From positions 53,735,749 through 53,781,525 of the forward strand of contig NC_068988.1 of the NCBI RefSeq assembly GCF_001194135.2: 45,777 nucleotides of DNA. Reading direction: 5' to 3'. This DNA comes from Octopus bimaculoides. Lineage: Eukaryota. Each line of letters begins with the position of its first letter. Within the stretch, counting starts at the first letter, position 1. Below, piece by piece: positions 10,222 to 22,300 of this stretch. Under the pieces are notes generated by a model. The model was not told where the DNA came from. It did not search any database and saw nothing but the letters and a program-made list of their open reading frames with translations. Position numbers and translations under genes: made by a program.

Positions 10222-11292
10222 TTCTTTCTCTAACATTTTACATAGTTTAACATGTTTCTGACTACTGAAACATGTTCTCTCAGAGATTACTATTGCAGAT
10301 TATACAAGTGAACATGTGAAAATGGGAATTTTGAAAGAAGTATCTATAAAACTTGTTTTTAAACAAGAATAAAATAGTAATCAAAGGGGTTCAGGGATAA
10401 AAAATGGTTGAAAAACACTGTGCCAGATAATATTCATAATAATTGTATGTGATATGTTTGCTGTCACCAAATGTAAGTAGAAGTTACATGTAGAAAATCG
10501 AAAAGGCTGCATTTGGAGAAAAGTTGCAAAAGGCTGACTGTTGCATAGTTGTTAAATATCAAGATACTTCAAATAAACTGACAGAAGATGATTGATACTT
10601 ATCATAGCTTTTATTTAAACATTATGAGGTTTATCAGAACTGTGACAAGTTGTAAATAGACTACAAATATTAGTCCATTAATAGAGAATTTATGATTGTT
10701 GTTGTAGAAGGCTTACAACTAAGTCATGTGGAGGAAAAAGAGAAACAAATGTTAACTCTCTGAAAGTTGCTGATGGAAAGAGAATTACTGATGGAGACTC
10801 TTAAAGAGAGAGTAAGAGAGACGTTATTTCCCTTACAATTGCTAGGTAAAGAAAGTATAAGAGATAATCCAGTGTCTCACTCACTTGGCCCCTTTTCATT
10901 TCTGCACTGAACTACAAATTAATGGAATGATAGGCTGTGTTATGTTTCATCTAGAAACACTTTCATATATAAATTCAGTGCAACTGTATTTAACCCAGTA
11001 AATGTAAGCTAAGTGCCAAATTGTTTTCCAGCTAATCATGTCACTTTGATTTGACCGACTAGGATTAATATCCTCCAATTGAAATTGCAATAAGAGGTCT
11101 CAATGAGCTGGTACTTAAATGTAAGTTTTAATATATATGACATGACATCAAGATATGAAGTAGAATTAGGCATATAATCTGACACCTAATTCTGGCTCAG
11201 AAAACATAGAATTAAGTACACAATCAAAAATATACAAGATGTTTGAGCTGCTAGTTCAATACATTATCCATTTTGGCAGCGGCAGCCACCTT

Positions 11293-11575
11293 TGTTTAAT
11301 GTCCGCTTTCCATGCTGGCATGGGTTGGATGGTTCGAGTGAGGGCTGGCAAGCCAGAGGGCTGCACCAGGTTCCAATCCGATCTGGCAAAGTTTCTACAG
11401 CTGGATGCCCTTCCTAACGCCATCCACTCCAAGAGTGTAGTGGGTACCTTTTATGTGCCACCGGAATGAGGACCAGTCAGGCGGTACTGGCATCGACCAT
11501 GCTTGAATGGTGCTTTTTACATGCCACCGGCTCAGGAGCCAGTCAGGCGGTACTGTCATCGGCCATGACAACGAC
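11293..11575 (-). mobile_element. Family-E RTE-type 3' end with duplicated GGCAC modules
   Basis: Reverse-strand copy of the E tail plus two CCAGTCAGGCGGTACTG units. Confidence 0.8.
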
Positions 11576-11689
11576 TTCTGTGTATATTAATATTGACAAT
11601 ATAGTAAGGATACAAACCAGTTGTACAGTATTTTGCCAATAAACTTTATGTCAATGACATGAGCTAATCCTACCACATTTAGGAGTCTA

Positions 11690-11870
11690 AGCCAATGTGG
11701 AAGCTTCTATGATATCACCTGATTTGCCAGAAATAGAAGCTAAATTTACTTCAAATCACACCCCACCATTTTAAGTACATTAAATTACAACAAATGATTG
11801 TTTAGTCATGGCTGGAAAATCTTTTGTCATAGATCAACTTGATCAGAGTTCACCAGGGATAAGCAACAAT
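11690..11870 (+). mobile_element. SINE-like repeat family F ((AAC)n-tailed)
   Basis: TGCCAGAAATAGAAGCTAAAT...GTCATGGCTGGAA...GATCAGAG...AACAAC. Copies at ~23551-23625(-), 23670-23870(-), 23960-24130(-), 25925-26040(+), 33685-33880(+), 33890-34090(+), 34150-34330(-). Confidence 0.6.
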
Positions 11871-12032
11871 ATTCATTTACCAAGCAAATAAAATTCTTCA
11901 GTGTATAACAGAATATGGAATCTAACCACAAACACATAGCAATGATATGACTTACTGGGCACAGTCATGACTGTGTTTAAGACCAATATCTTATGAATAG
12001 AATTTAAAAAACTGAAAACTGTGGAAGCTTCA

Positions 12033-12520
12033 ATGCTGGTGTCACATGACTGGCACTTGTGCAGGTGGCACATAAAAAGCACCCTTCGAACATTGAGTGA
12101 TAAGCTGTACTTGAGAAGACCTGTCAAGCCAAGTAAAACCATAGTCATGGCCAATGCCAGTTCCGCATAACTGGCACCTGCGCTGATGGGACATAAAAAA
12201 CATCCTTTGAACTTTGGGCCTCATGGAGGCAGTGAGAAGTGATCGAGACCTTTGGCAATATACTGTTCTTGAGAAGACTTATCAAGCCAAATGAGATTGC
12301 AGCCATGGCCGATGCCAATGTTTTGTAGTTGGCACCTCTGCTGGTGGCATGTAAAAAGCACCCACAACACTCTTAGAGTGGTTGGTATTAGGAAGGGCAT
12401 CCAGCTGTAGAAACCATGTCAAATCAGACTGAAACCTCATGCAGCTCCCCAACTTACCAGTTTTCAGTCAAGCAGACCAACCCATGCCAGCATGGAAAAC
12501 AAACATCAAACGATGATGAT
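12033..12520 (+). mobile_element. Family-E RTE-type 3' UTR and tail
   Basis: Three CTGGCAC.TG.GC.GGTGGCA..TAAAAAGCACC modules, then the conserved tail and (GAT)n. Confidence 0.85.
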
Positions 12521-12527
12521 TATATAT

Positions 12528-12560
<33 letters not shown>

Positions 12561-12563
12561 CAT

Positions 12564-12606
<43 letters not shown>

Positions 12607-12956
12607 CTTAGCTGACAGATTTTTTAGACAATTGTCTACTCCCATATTTTTTACCTCTTCCTTCTTTCCTATTACCGACCATTTTATTTCCTCACATATG
12701 TTTATCTCACATCAACTCCACAATATCATTGTAAAACTTAACTGTTATCTCATCAAAATCTCATATCTATAAGGTAATGCATGATTAATTCAAAACAATG
12801 TGAAAAAATAAGCATTACTTTTGCAAGAATAATGTGAATGCTAAAGGGTTACGAGAAGCTACCAGTCTTTGAGTGTTTTTGATTGGCTAACATTATAATT
12901 TATCTACTGAAATATCTCTTTAAAAAAAAGTGTAATGCAACAGAGAAGATATTTAC

Positions 12957-13135
12957 CCATTCTGAATTGATGCTCTGAATCCGTTTGAATTGGATACATG
13001 AAAGGTGAAGATGAAAAGCAAGAAATGGAAGGCTGATAAACCAAAACAAATTCGATAGACAGCTTTGAAACCAGTCAACTGGTGGCAGTCCACACCGAGG
13101 CTTAAATAAGAGCAGGTTTCATTAAACCAAGGGAC
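12957..13135 (-). CDS. SERINC5: SERINC5-like exon 3 (179 nt; VPWFNETCSYLSLGVDCHQLTGFKAVYRICFGLSAFHFLLFIFTFHVSNSNGFRASIQNG)
   Basis: TTTCACAG acceptor, GG|GTAAAT donor (phase 2). Hallmark G..AVYR.CFG and RA..QNG motifs. Confidence 0.97.
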
Positions 13136-15688
13136 CTGTGAAATAAACAAGGATTTTCATTATCATCATTGAACTACTATATGCATCACTAACATCAGTT
13201 ACTGGCCTTCAACAAAATTCAAGCGCAATTTACAGAGTACTGTTCACGCATCTGGGATGGTATGGCTACTGTTGCTACGTACACATGTCTACATTTCATT
13301 CAAATGAAGTATAGAAGAAAATAAGCAATCTTCATCTCCACAGATTGATTGGTGGCAACTGGCCAGTGAGGGCAACTGGTGCGGGTGGTAACATACTGTT
13401 ATGCTGGATTAGAAGCCATGATGCAGAGAAAACATCTGGAATGATGTTTTACAGCCTGAATACACCTCAAATTAGATAAATAAGCAAGGTCTTGAGATAA
13501 CCTTCAGCCATTTTAGCAATCCCCTGCATTTTCATACAAGTCCAGCTGTCTTGCCTTTATCTTACCACTGGATATGTTGTGTGAGAATGCAGCTCTTTCT
13601 AACAATAAAAAAACCATTGTACTAGTCAAGCACTTTCCTAGGTCTTGTAAGATTTGATGAGCAAGCTATCAGAATAATCAGAAGAGCTTTGGACAAAATG
13701 CCTTGCAGTTATTCAGTGGCATCTCTGTACATTGTGAACTAGAATCCTACTGAAGCTGACTTTCTTTTTTATTCTTTCAGAGGGTTTGATAAAATAAGAA
13801 CCAGTTAAATACATTCAAATGCTCTCACTTCACAGATGTATGGTCTCATGGCTTCAATTAGAAATCAATGTTAACATTTATAATTATATATGTGTACACA
13901 CACACACACACACACACATTATCAATAAAGATTTGCTTGGTTTTTGATATTGATTGTTTTGTGTTTATTTATATTCATCTTCATTCACTTATGAACTTAT
14001 TCATTTTGCAAACCACTTCAGCAAAGGGCATCTTCTGTTTAGTGGAGAAAATGGCATTAATGAAAGGAAAATTACAAACTAAAATATAGAAGACATTGAG
14101 GACAAATACGAAGATGATATTTAGAATGTCAAAAGATATAAAAACTGCTGATCAAGTAAAGTATTGAATGTTTAAAGTACTGGACTCCTGACCTAAGTTC
14201 AAACTTTGTTATAGGCATTAGGTCATGTCTTTTGGCTGCAGTACATTCACTTGACTCGTTTAAGTCTAATGGATACAAAATGTAATGCTTTTTATCAGGT
14301 TTGTTAATGCTCTAGGTATTTCTGGCTGATGATGCATAACAATCTAGAAACACATGCATCCCATAATCCAATAATTATTATTAATAGTCCAATGTTTTTT
14401 TCATGCATGTTGTCTAAGACGAGACATTTCTCTTGAGGCCATTTCCACAGTGAAAGATCTTTCCATATCCAAGTATGCCCAAATGTGTTGAATATTATTG
14501 TAAAAACATATACATAAAAATAAATGTAATTTTGTGCTTTGCTTTGAGGGTACACCAAGAGTTGTTCCTTGTTACTTTCTCAGGGTCTATGAAGAACAAG
14601 AAAGGGGCATTGAGTGCAGCTCTGTAAGCTAAATGAAAAATTCTCATCAGTTATACAATACTTCAACTGCATAGAAGAGGACTGAAGGGTTCCTATTAAC
14701 AATTATTGATTGTAATCTCAAAGTATTTTCTGGTTCAAAGAAAAAAAGAAAAGAAATGAAAAAGTAAGTTTTCCATACTACTTTGTTTTATATTTAGCTT
14801 TTTTTTTTTCAGCAAGGACATTACATCATCATCATCAATCATCACTGTTTTAATGTCCATTTTTCTATGCTTGCAAAACTTGGATGAAGTTTAATAAGGC
14901 TGATTTCTACAGCTGCATGCCCTTCCTGTCACCAACCCTTACCTGTTGCCAAGCAAGGTGATATTTTCCTAAGGCCAGACATGTTTTCACAGAATATTGG
15001 AAACAGATGACATTCATTCATAACAACCATGTGATGTTAAGACAAGGAAACACACACACACATGCAACAGGCTTCCACAATTTCCATCAACCAAATCCAC
15101 TCACAAGACTGATTGACCTGAGGCTATAGTAGAAGACATTTGCTCAAAGTGCCATGCAGTGGGACTAAACCTGAAACCATGTGGTTGCGAAGTAAACTTC
15201 TTAACCACACAGCCACATCTGCACCTATACATATAATTGTAAAATCCTTGTGTGATGAACAATTTGTTTGTGTCAATGTCTAAATTTATAGGCATGCAAA
15301 AACTACACTAACATAAAAAAGTAGGTGTAAGAAAAAAAATCAGTAAACAAACATTGCAAGTATTAATAATTGAAGGAAAGAGTTAGTATAAGGAGTTGGA
15401 AATCAGTGTAATGAATAAAAATGTTAGTATAATGAGTAGGACTAATTAGATAACATATGGAAATGTTACTTTAACTGTTTAGCATTTAAACCGGCTATAT
15501 CTGGCCAAAATGTTACACCTACTTTATGTTCAAACTGGACAGATCCAGCCTCTCACACCTACCCTACAATGTCATTCTAAAAGTAAACAGTCACATCATT
15601 GATATCTCAAGGCAACAAGATAATCTAGGATTAATTCAAAGCAGTACATTTCACAGAGAAACCTGAATGCTAAACAGTTAATACTTAC

Positions 15689-15856
15689 TTTTTTCACAAC
15701 CTCATCTTGAATTTGAGGGAAGAGCATTAAACAGGCAATAAGGATTATAAAAAAGAAAAACAAGGTATACATAATACGGGTACTGGTTGATTCATTGATG
15801 GGGTGGCAGCAGCGACAGCAAAACCCACAGGAAGATGTTCCAAAGCAACAAGAAAG
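15689..15856 (-). CDS. SERINC5: SERINC5-like exon 2 (168 nt; LSCCFGTSSCGFCCRCCHPINESTSTRIMYTLFFFFIILIACLMLFPQIQDEVVKK)
   Basis: TTTCCATTTCCAG acceptor, GTAAGT donor, phase 0-0. Cys-rich N-terminus, STR-I-Y motif and first TM helix typical of the Serinc/TMS_TDE family. Confidence 0.95.
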
Positions 15857-16156
15857 CTGGAAATGGAAACAAAAAAAATGAATGACACAAACCACAAAGT
15901 TAAATACTTTATGCTAATGACATCATTGTCAAAATTCTAAGGTCAGATTTTCTATTGCCTGAAGCCCTTCACGTCATCAACCCTTACCAATTTCTAAGCC
16001 AGGCGATACCCCCCCCCACCACCACCACCATGACTAGACATGTTTGTATGGAATATTGGAAATGAAAGACACTCCTTGTTTGACCGTGACACTTGCAACT
16101 ATCATACAATGTCAGGACAAGGCGACACACAAGCATGTGTACACACTCTCTTACTG

Positions 16157-16197
<41 letters not shown>

Positions 16198-16549
16198 ACT
16201 TTGGCTGTTTGGGAAGCAAACATTTTAACCACACAGTCACATCTACTCTTGTGTATATTACAATATATATATCTACATGTATCAAGTACTTTCTTGCGTG
16301 GACACCAAGGCCATACAATAACATAGTAAAACAATTACTGAGTTTGATACATTTTAATAAGATACAATGTAAATAAAAACTAATACAGTCTCTGCTCTAT
16401 ACCAGTTGATATATTTACACATTTTTCTTTTGATTATTGGCAATATTTTATTAAAGGTTAATTGTGTGTCTGAGCAGCAAGTTCAAGTTGTTATGATAGG
16501 TAATCTTTTTTTTAAATAACATGAAGTGCCTTAAAGCAAACTTCAAGTC

Positions 16550-17664
16550 ATCATTGTCGTCATCATCGTTTAATGTCCTCCTTCCATGCTGACATGGGTT
16601 GGACGGTTTGACAGGAGCCAGCCAGGCAGAAGCCTGCACCATACTTCTGTGTCTGTTTTGGCACGGTTTTTATGGTTGGATGCTCTTCCTAATACCAACC
16701 GCCCCACAGAGTGGGCTGAGTGCTTTTCATGTGGCACCATCACAGGCAAGATCAGTTTTGGCATGGTTTTTACAGCTGGATGCCCTTCCAAATGCCAACC
16801 ACTTTACAGTGTGGACTGGATGCTTTTTACATGGCACCAGAACCGGTAGGGCCACTAAGTAACTTTGCAAGACAAGGAGTCTTTGAGAGGGGAGGGAGCA
16901 CTGGAGGAAGTGATCTTGTGTCAGATGATAAATGGTTAGAGTGTGACAGAGAGACAGAAACAGGTGTCTTGCTGTAGAAGAGGTACATGGTTAAAGTGTG
17001 CCTAAAAATGAAAAGATTTAAAACTGAACATGACGATAAGGTGAGGTTAGGGCTGCAGGAGCAGGGGTAAAAGGTAATCGTAGTACATGATTAGCAGTAG
17101 TTTGGGTCATTGGGGGAGTGGGTTGAAAAAATGTAATGTGTGGGTAGAGAACACACAATGTAGTACTTCCTAACCTCAGTTTCACTGAGGAGGGCAAGGC
17201 TTTTCAGGAACCTCACATCACTAGACATCTTAGTCTATAATCATCTCTTCTATGATGTTCAACATCTTGAGACTGGCCCTCACTACTTCATTCCACATCT
17301 TCATGGGTTTCCCTCTTCCACAAGTTTTATTTCATTTAAGTGATCAACACTTCTTTATAGACCTATCTTCATCCATATGCATCACAAGACTAAATGATTG
17401 CAGTCTTCTCTTTTGCATGCTAAACCTGATTCCTCTTATGCCTAACTTCTGTCTCTGCACGTTTGCACTTCATTGTACATGCAGAGTCATACTAGCTTCA
17501 ATTCTCTCCAGTCTTTACACATCCTCTGCATTCAGGGCTTATGTCTCACTACCATATAACATATTTGTTCATACACAAACACAATGCAATCTGCCTTCCA
17601 CTGCATGAGAGAGAGACCTTTTAATACCGAGAGAAAGAATAGCTCTCTGAACTTTCTCTATCCC
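16550..17664 (-). mobile_element. 3' ~1.1 kb of an RTE-clade LINE (ORF2 C-terminus, 3' UTR, (GAT)n tail)
   Basis: 17664-17200 translates (with stops) EKFRELF...GRLHCVCV*TNMLYGSET*ALNAEDV*RLERIEASM...LGIRGIRFSMQKRRL...KTCGRGKPMKMWNEVVRASL, the typical RTE ORF2 end. It is followed by UTR and the family-E tail. Confidence 0.85.
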
Positions 17665-18354
17665 ATTGTTATTTTAGTAATCATACTTTCAAACCATTCT
17701 TCTCCATTGGTCACCTAGGTAACAGAAATTATCTCCATCCTCTAGAGAGCCTCCTGGGTGTTTGAGAAAATCTAATTCCCATGTGTTCTATAAGTTTATT
17801 ATTCTTGCACATCTACAATGGCAAATGGTTTTATATCATGATTTTTTTTTCACAACAACTACTACACTCAGAGCATGTAAAAGCAAGCAATCTATAACGA
17901 AAGTTACATTTATGGCAACAGTAGCAGAATCTAGATAGGAAAATATTTTGAAATTGCCAAATGGAATTCAAAAAATCTTCCAAAAGGAACTCCCATAACT
18001 GAAGTCACTGAAACATAATAAAGAGGATGATTATAAAAATGTTGAATGAGGATGCTAGGTTGTGGCAATATGAGAAAAATTTCCAGCAAATTTAAAAGCA
18101 TACTATATTTCATTCAACAAGATAATACCAAACCTAATATGATGTATACAGAACCAAATTTAATCCTAGAGGTGTCAAAGAAGAATGGAATCTATAGTTA
18201 AAATGTACTAAATCATGAATTTTTAATTCTGTTCTTTTACAGGTTTGTATAGCAACATGAAATACAAATGAACTGATTGAAGGAGTAAAAAAACAACAAA
18301 CAAACCAATTTCAATACAAAACCACTAACATAATACACCAATAATATCAATAAT

Positions 18355-18552
18355 GCTTTCTACTATAGGCATAAGTAGGGAGGGGGCTAGTCAACTACAC
18401 TGACCCAAGTGGTCAACTGGTTCTCATTTTATCAAACCCTAAAGGATGAAAGGTAAAATCGACCTCGAAAGAATCTGAACTCAGTACGTGAAGATGGGTG
18501 AAATACTAAATATTTTGACTGGCATGCTAACAATTCTACCAGCTCACTGCCT
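18355..18552 (-). mobile_element. tRNA-headed SINE family D (CpG-decayed copy)
   Basis: GGATGAAAGGTAAAATCGACCTCG...GAACTCAG...CTAACAATTCTACCAGCTCACTGCCTT; further decayed copies at ~29100-29960. Confidence 0.75.
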
Positions 18553-18821
18553 TGATAATATCAATAATATAATTAGTGTTTTCTTAACATTGCAAGCCTG
18601 TATGGTGTATGACACACTGCCAAATGGAAATAATTCCAATAGAATTAGGAGCATGAATAAAGAAAGACATTGAAATGAAAATTTACAAGCAAATAGCATT
18701 AAATATAACACAGATACAAAATGCCAAAACTTACTTAAATGTAAAATATTTGAGTGCTTCTCAAAATTAATGGTTCTAAACACCGAGTTTATTTTTTGCT
18801 TTGTTTATATTTACAAATGTA

Positions 18822-19490
18822 GGCACAGGCATGGTTATGTGGTTAAAAAGCTCACTTTGCAACCATATGGATTTGGGTTCAGTCCCACTGTGCAGTGCCT
18901 TGGGCAAATATGTTGCACTACAGCCTTGGGCCAACCAATGCCTTGTGAATGAATTTGGTAGACAGAAACTGTGTGGAAGCCTGTCATGTATATGTGAGTG
19001 CACCAGTGTGTTTGTATTTGATCCTCACTACCACCACTTGTTCTTGAGCAAGACACTTTATTTCACTCAGTTGTAGAAATGAGTTGCAACATTACTGGTG
19101 CCAAGCTGTATTGACATTTGCCTTTCCTTTAGATAGCATTGGTAGTGTGGAGGGGGGAGGGGGGAGGCTAGTATGCATGGGTGACTGTTGGTCTTCCATA
19201 AACAACCTTCCCTGAACTTGTGCCTCAGAAGGTAACTTTCTAGGTGCAATCTTACGGTTATTCATAACCGAAGGGGTCTTTACCCTTTTACCCTTTACCA
19301 CCACTTGATATCTAGTGTTGGTTTCTTTATGTCCCCATAACTTAGCAGTTCAGCAAAAGAGACCAACAAAACAAAGTACCAGACTTAAAAGTAAGTACTG
19401 GGTTCAACTGGGTTCAACTAAACACTTCAAAACTGTGCTCTAGTATGGCCACAGTCCAATGAGTGAAACAAGTAAAAGATAAAAGATACA
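18822..19490 (+). mobile_element. Family-B SINE interrupted by a family-C SINE
   Basis: B head 18822-19040, B tail resumes at 19308. Confidence 0.8.
19041..19295 (+). mobile_element. 5'-truncated tRNA-SINE family C
   Basis: 12-bp TSD TACCACCACTTG (19029-19040, 19296-19307); homologous to the copy at 43687-44018; (TACCCTT)n-like tail. Confidence 0.85.
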
Positions 19491-19828
19491 TATAATTAGT
19501 TCAGTACAAATATCATACATTAAATGAAACAATTATTATGGGACAAAGAAAGAATTGTATCAATGAACTTTATATGCACATGTTTTCATTCCAGAAATTT
19601 AAATCGATTATATTACAGCATTGCAGAATGTGTGCAGCTTGTGTGACAAAAATATTTATTTCAGTATCCAATTTCAGCTCAACATTGCTGTATAGTAGGC
19701 AGCTTGTTTCTGAATCACATGGTTCCAGGTTCAGTCCAACTGTTTCGCACTTTAGGCAAGTGTCTTCTACTATTAATCCCAGGCTGAACAAAGCTTTGTT
19801 AGAGGATTTGGCAGATGGAAATTGAAAG

Positions 19829-19940
19829 AACCAGAAGAGAGTCCATTAAAATCCATTTCTATGATCATTTCAAGAGATGTGTGAGGCAGCATCTTTTGAA
19901 ATGACCATAGAGATGGATTTGAATGAACTTTTTTCTGGTT
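19829..19940. repeat. 112-nt hairpin (51-bp stem, 10-nt loop); pre-miRNA-like or MITE remnant
   Basis: 19829-19879 pairs with 19890-19940 without indels: 44 Watson-Crick, 4 G-U and 3 mismatches on the + strand. Confidence 0.85.
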
Positions 19941-20262
19941 ACCACTTTAACCTTTAGTTATATTTATATTTATATTATTTTAGTTTCATTGCCTTAAATT
20001 TTTAGTTGCTTTTCTTATGCATTAATTTAATCCATATACTTTTCTTCATTCAACTTCACTCATAATACCCTTTTAGGTTTTATCACCGTTTATCCGTATA
20101 TATGTGTATATTTCATTCTCTTGGGTTTTACCATTGGGTGCCCTGATGTTTTAACATATATATTTATATTCGATTTATGATAATATGGGAATGTTATAAA
20201 GTTGTTTTGACCAATTAGAGCATTTATTCATTATACCATTTAATTTATTCTTTTCTTGTCTC

Positions 20263-20441
<179 letters not shown>

Positions 20442-21013
20442 TCTGTGTATGTCTTTGTGTATATGACATGTGTTGGTTTGTTTACATTCCCATCACTTAG
20501 GAGTTTAGCAAAAAAAAACTGATAGAATAAGTGCCAGGTTTAAAAAAGTAAGTACTGTGGTTGGTTGTTTTGACAGAATCCTTCAAGACAATGCCCCAGC
20601 ATGGCTGCAGTCCAAAGACTGAAACAAGTAAAAGTTGAACGATAACAGTTGAGTGACAACTAAAGAAGTGATCAATCAACCAGGAGAACAATTGATGTTA
20701 TTTAACAAGTGATAAAGCACAAGTTCAATCAATGATGTTCTTTGTTCTGGTTATCCAATATCAGTCAAGACACAAGATGATGCTTAGCAAGTCAACCAAG
20801 ATTACGAATAACATTCTCAAGCATTTCTTATATACCACTCCTCTAAAGTTACATCACATTACTCTGATACCTTTTCTAACAGCAAAAGAGGAATTTTGAC
20901 AATGAGCTCAATTCTGTGAGGAGAGATGTTAGTGTCTTCCATAATATTTCTCTTATCAATCATGTAATTTGATCAGACCCATGTGATCAAATTTCATATG
21001 AATGGAATTATCA

Positions 21014-21303
21014 TACTCACCAGACTTCTTGCCTACTGACTACCACTTTTTCAAGCATCTTGACAACTTTCTGCGTGAGAAATGCTTCAAAAACCAAGAC
21101 GATGCCAAACGCCTTCAACGACTTCATCGCCAGAAGAACGCAGGATTTTTACGCTACTGGCATAAATAAACTTGTTTCGCGTTGCCAAATCTGTGTTGAT
21201 TCTGATGGTGTTTATTTCGATTTATAAAGTTTTGTTGGAGCCGAGATATGTGCATCTGAATTTAAAGGTTAAAAACTGCAAGAACTTTCTTGACAACCTA
21301 ATA
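21014..21303 (+). mobile_element. Mariner (Hsmar1/cecropia-like) 3' fragment with TIR
   Basis: YSPDFLPTDYHFFKHLDNFLREKCFKNQDDAK /fs/ AFNDFIARRTQDFYATGINKLVSRCQICVDSDGVYFDL*, then AAAACTGCAAGAACTTTCTTGACAACCTAA|TA. Confidence 0.88.
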
Positions 21304-21309
21304 CATTGT

Positions 21310-22300
21310 CAATCATGCCAATGTCTACAAGAATGGTTGGTTCCTCTGTTGGGTTCATGTTCAGAAGGATCTCTTTAACATCATGCATTCTCCACATTTA
21401 ATAATGTTTCATAGTAGCACTTCTCTATCTGTTTCACTTCAGAATCATTAAGAGCAAGAGTTTCATTATCCACTTATATACACTTCTCTCCCACGTCTAG
21501 ATTTCTTCTGCAATATTGAAGAACTTCATGCCTCTGGTCCTCACACTTTAGAACATTAGCAAACCTCTTACTTTCTGCTTCTCTCCTTGCTAAATATACT
21601 CGTCAGCTAACTTCTCTTTGAGCAATCTGCTATAATTATCTGTTGCCTCTATTCTTCCAACCTTTCCAAGCCTGTCTGTCTCACTGTTCATCACCATATC
21701 ATCCTGTCTCAATGGAACCTTGCACCAGCCAGATTTGAAATGTAACCCTCAGTAGGTAGCCTTTTAGGGAACTTCTAGTTGTTCTCTATGCTATACATCT
21801 TTATCTCCTTTTCCTTTCATCAAATGCTTCAATTAATACTTCTCTTAAATTTCTGACAGTTCAATAACACTTTAAGCTACCATTTTCAAACTGGTTTGAA
21901 CCTTTGAGCCCTTCTAGCTCTAAGTCTGAAGTGACTAATCGCTAACTTATGTTAGTTTGTACATTCTTTATCAGGGAAAGACTATGAATTCACAACTATG
22001 TGTCTATTTCCGTTTCTGGTGAGGATGTAGTCAATCTCGTTTGTGTACCTGTCAGATTGATAGGTGATCAGGTGACTAGCTGGGTTCCTGAATTAGTGGA
22101 ATAGATGATGAAGTCATTTGTATCAGTCTTGTTCCCCTCTTCATTTCTAGAGCCAGAGCCATAGTCTTTGTGTACATCATGGAATCCATCAGACTGCTGC
22201 ACAACATGTCCATTGAAGTCACCAGTTATGAAGATTACATCATTGTCATTCGTTATTGAAGTAACCTGCAAAAAGGTTTTGTAAAATCAGTTCTTCTGTT
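21310..22300 (-). pseudogene. RTE LINE ORF2 fragment (APE endonuclease and linker), degenerate
   Basis: ORF 22068-22271 IFITGDFNGHV...GFHDVH..YGSGSRNEEG; other frames give HLITYQS...EIDYILTR and RVYLARREAESKRFANVL. Confidence 0.85.

Larger units (their letters stand above)
9369..10420. mobile_element. hAT-type MITE hosting the 9488-10221 insertion
   Basis: Ends CAGTGGCTCTCAAC...GGTTGAAAAACACTG; 8-bp TSD TGCTAGAT/TGCCAGAT (9361-9368, 10421-10428), with the CTAG core typical of Charlie-like hAT targets. Confidence 0.75.

Noticed and set aside
13216-13275. QAQFTEYCSRIWDG peptide resembling an L2/Jockey RT C-terminus
   Set aside because: Only ~20 codons with no flanking support.
17252-17608. 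118-aa plus-strand hydrophobic ORF
   Set aside because: Antisense of the RTE ORF2 remnant.
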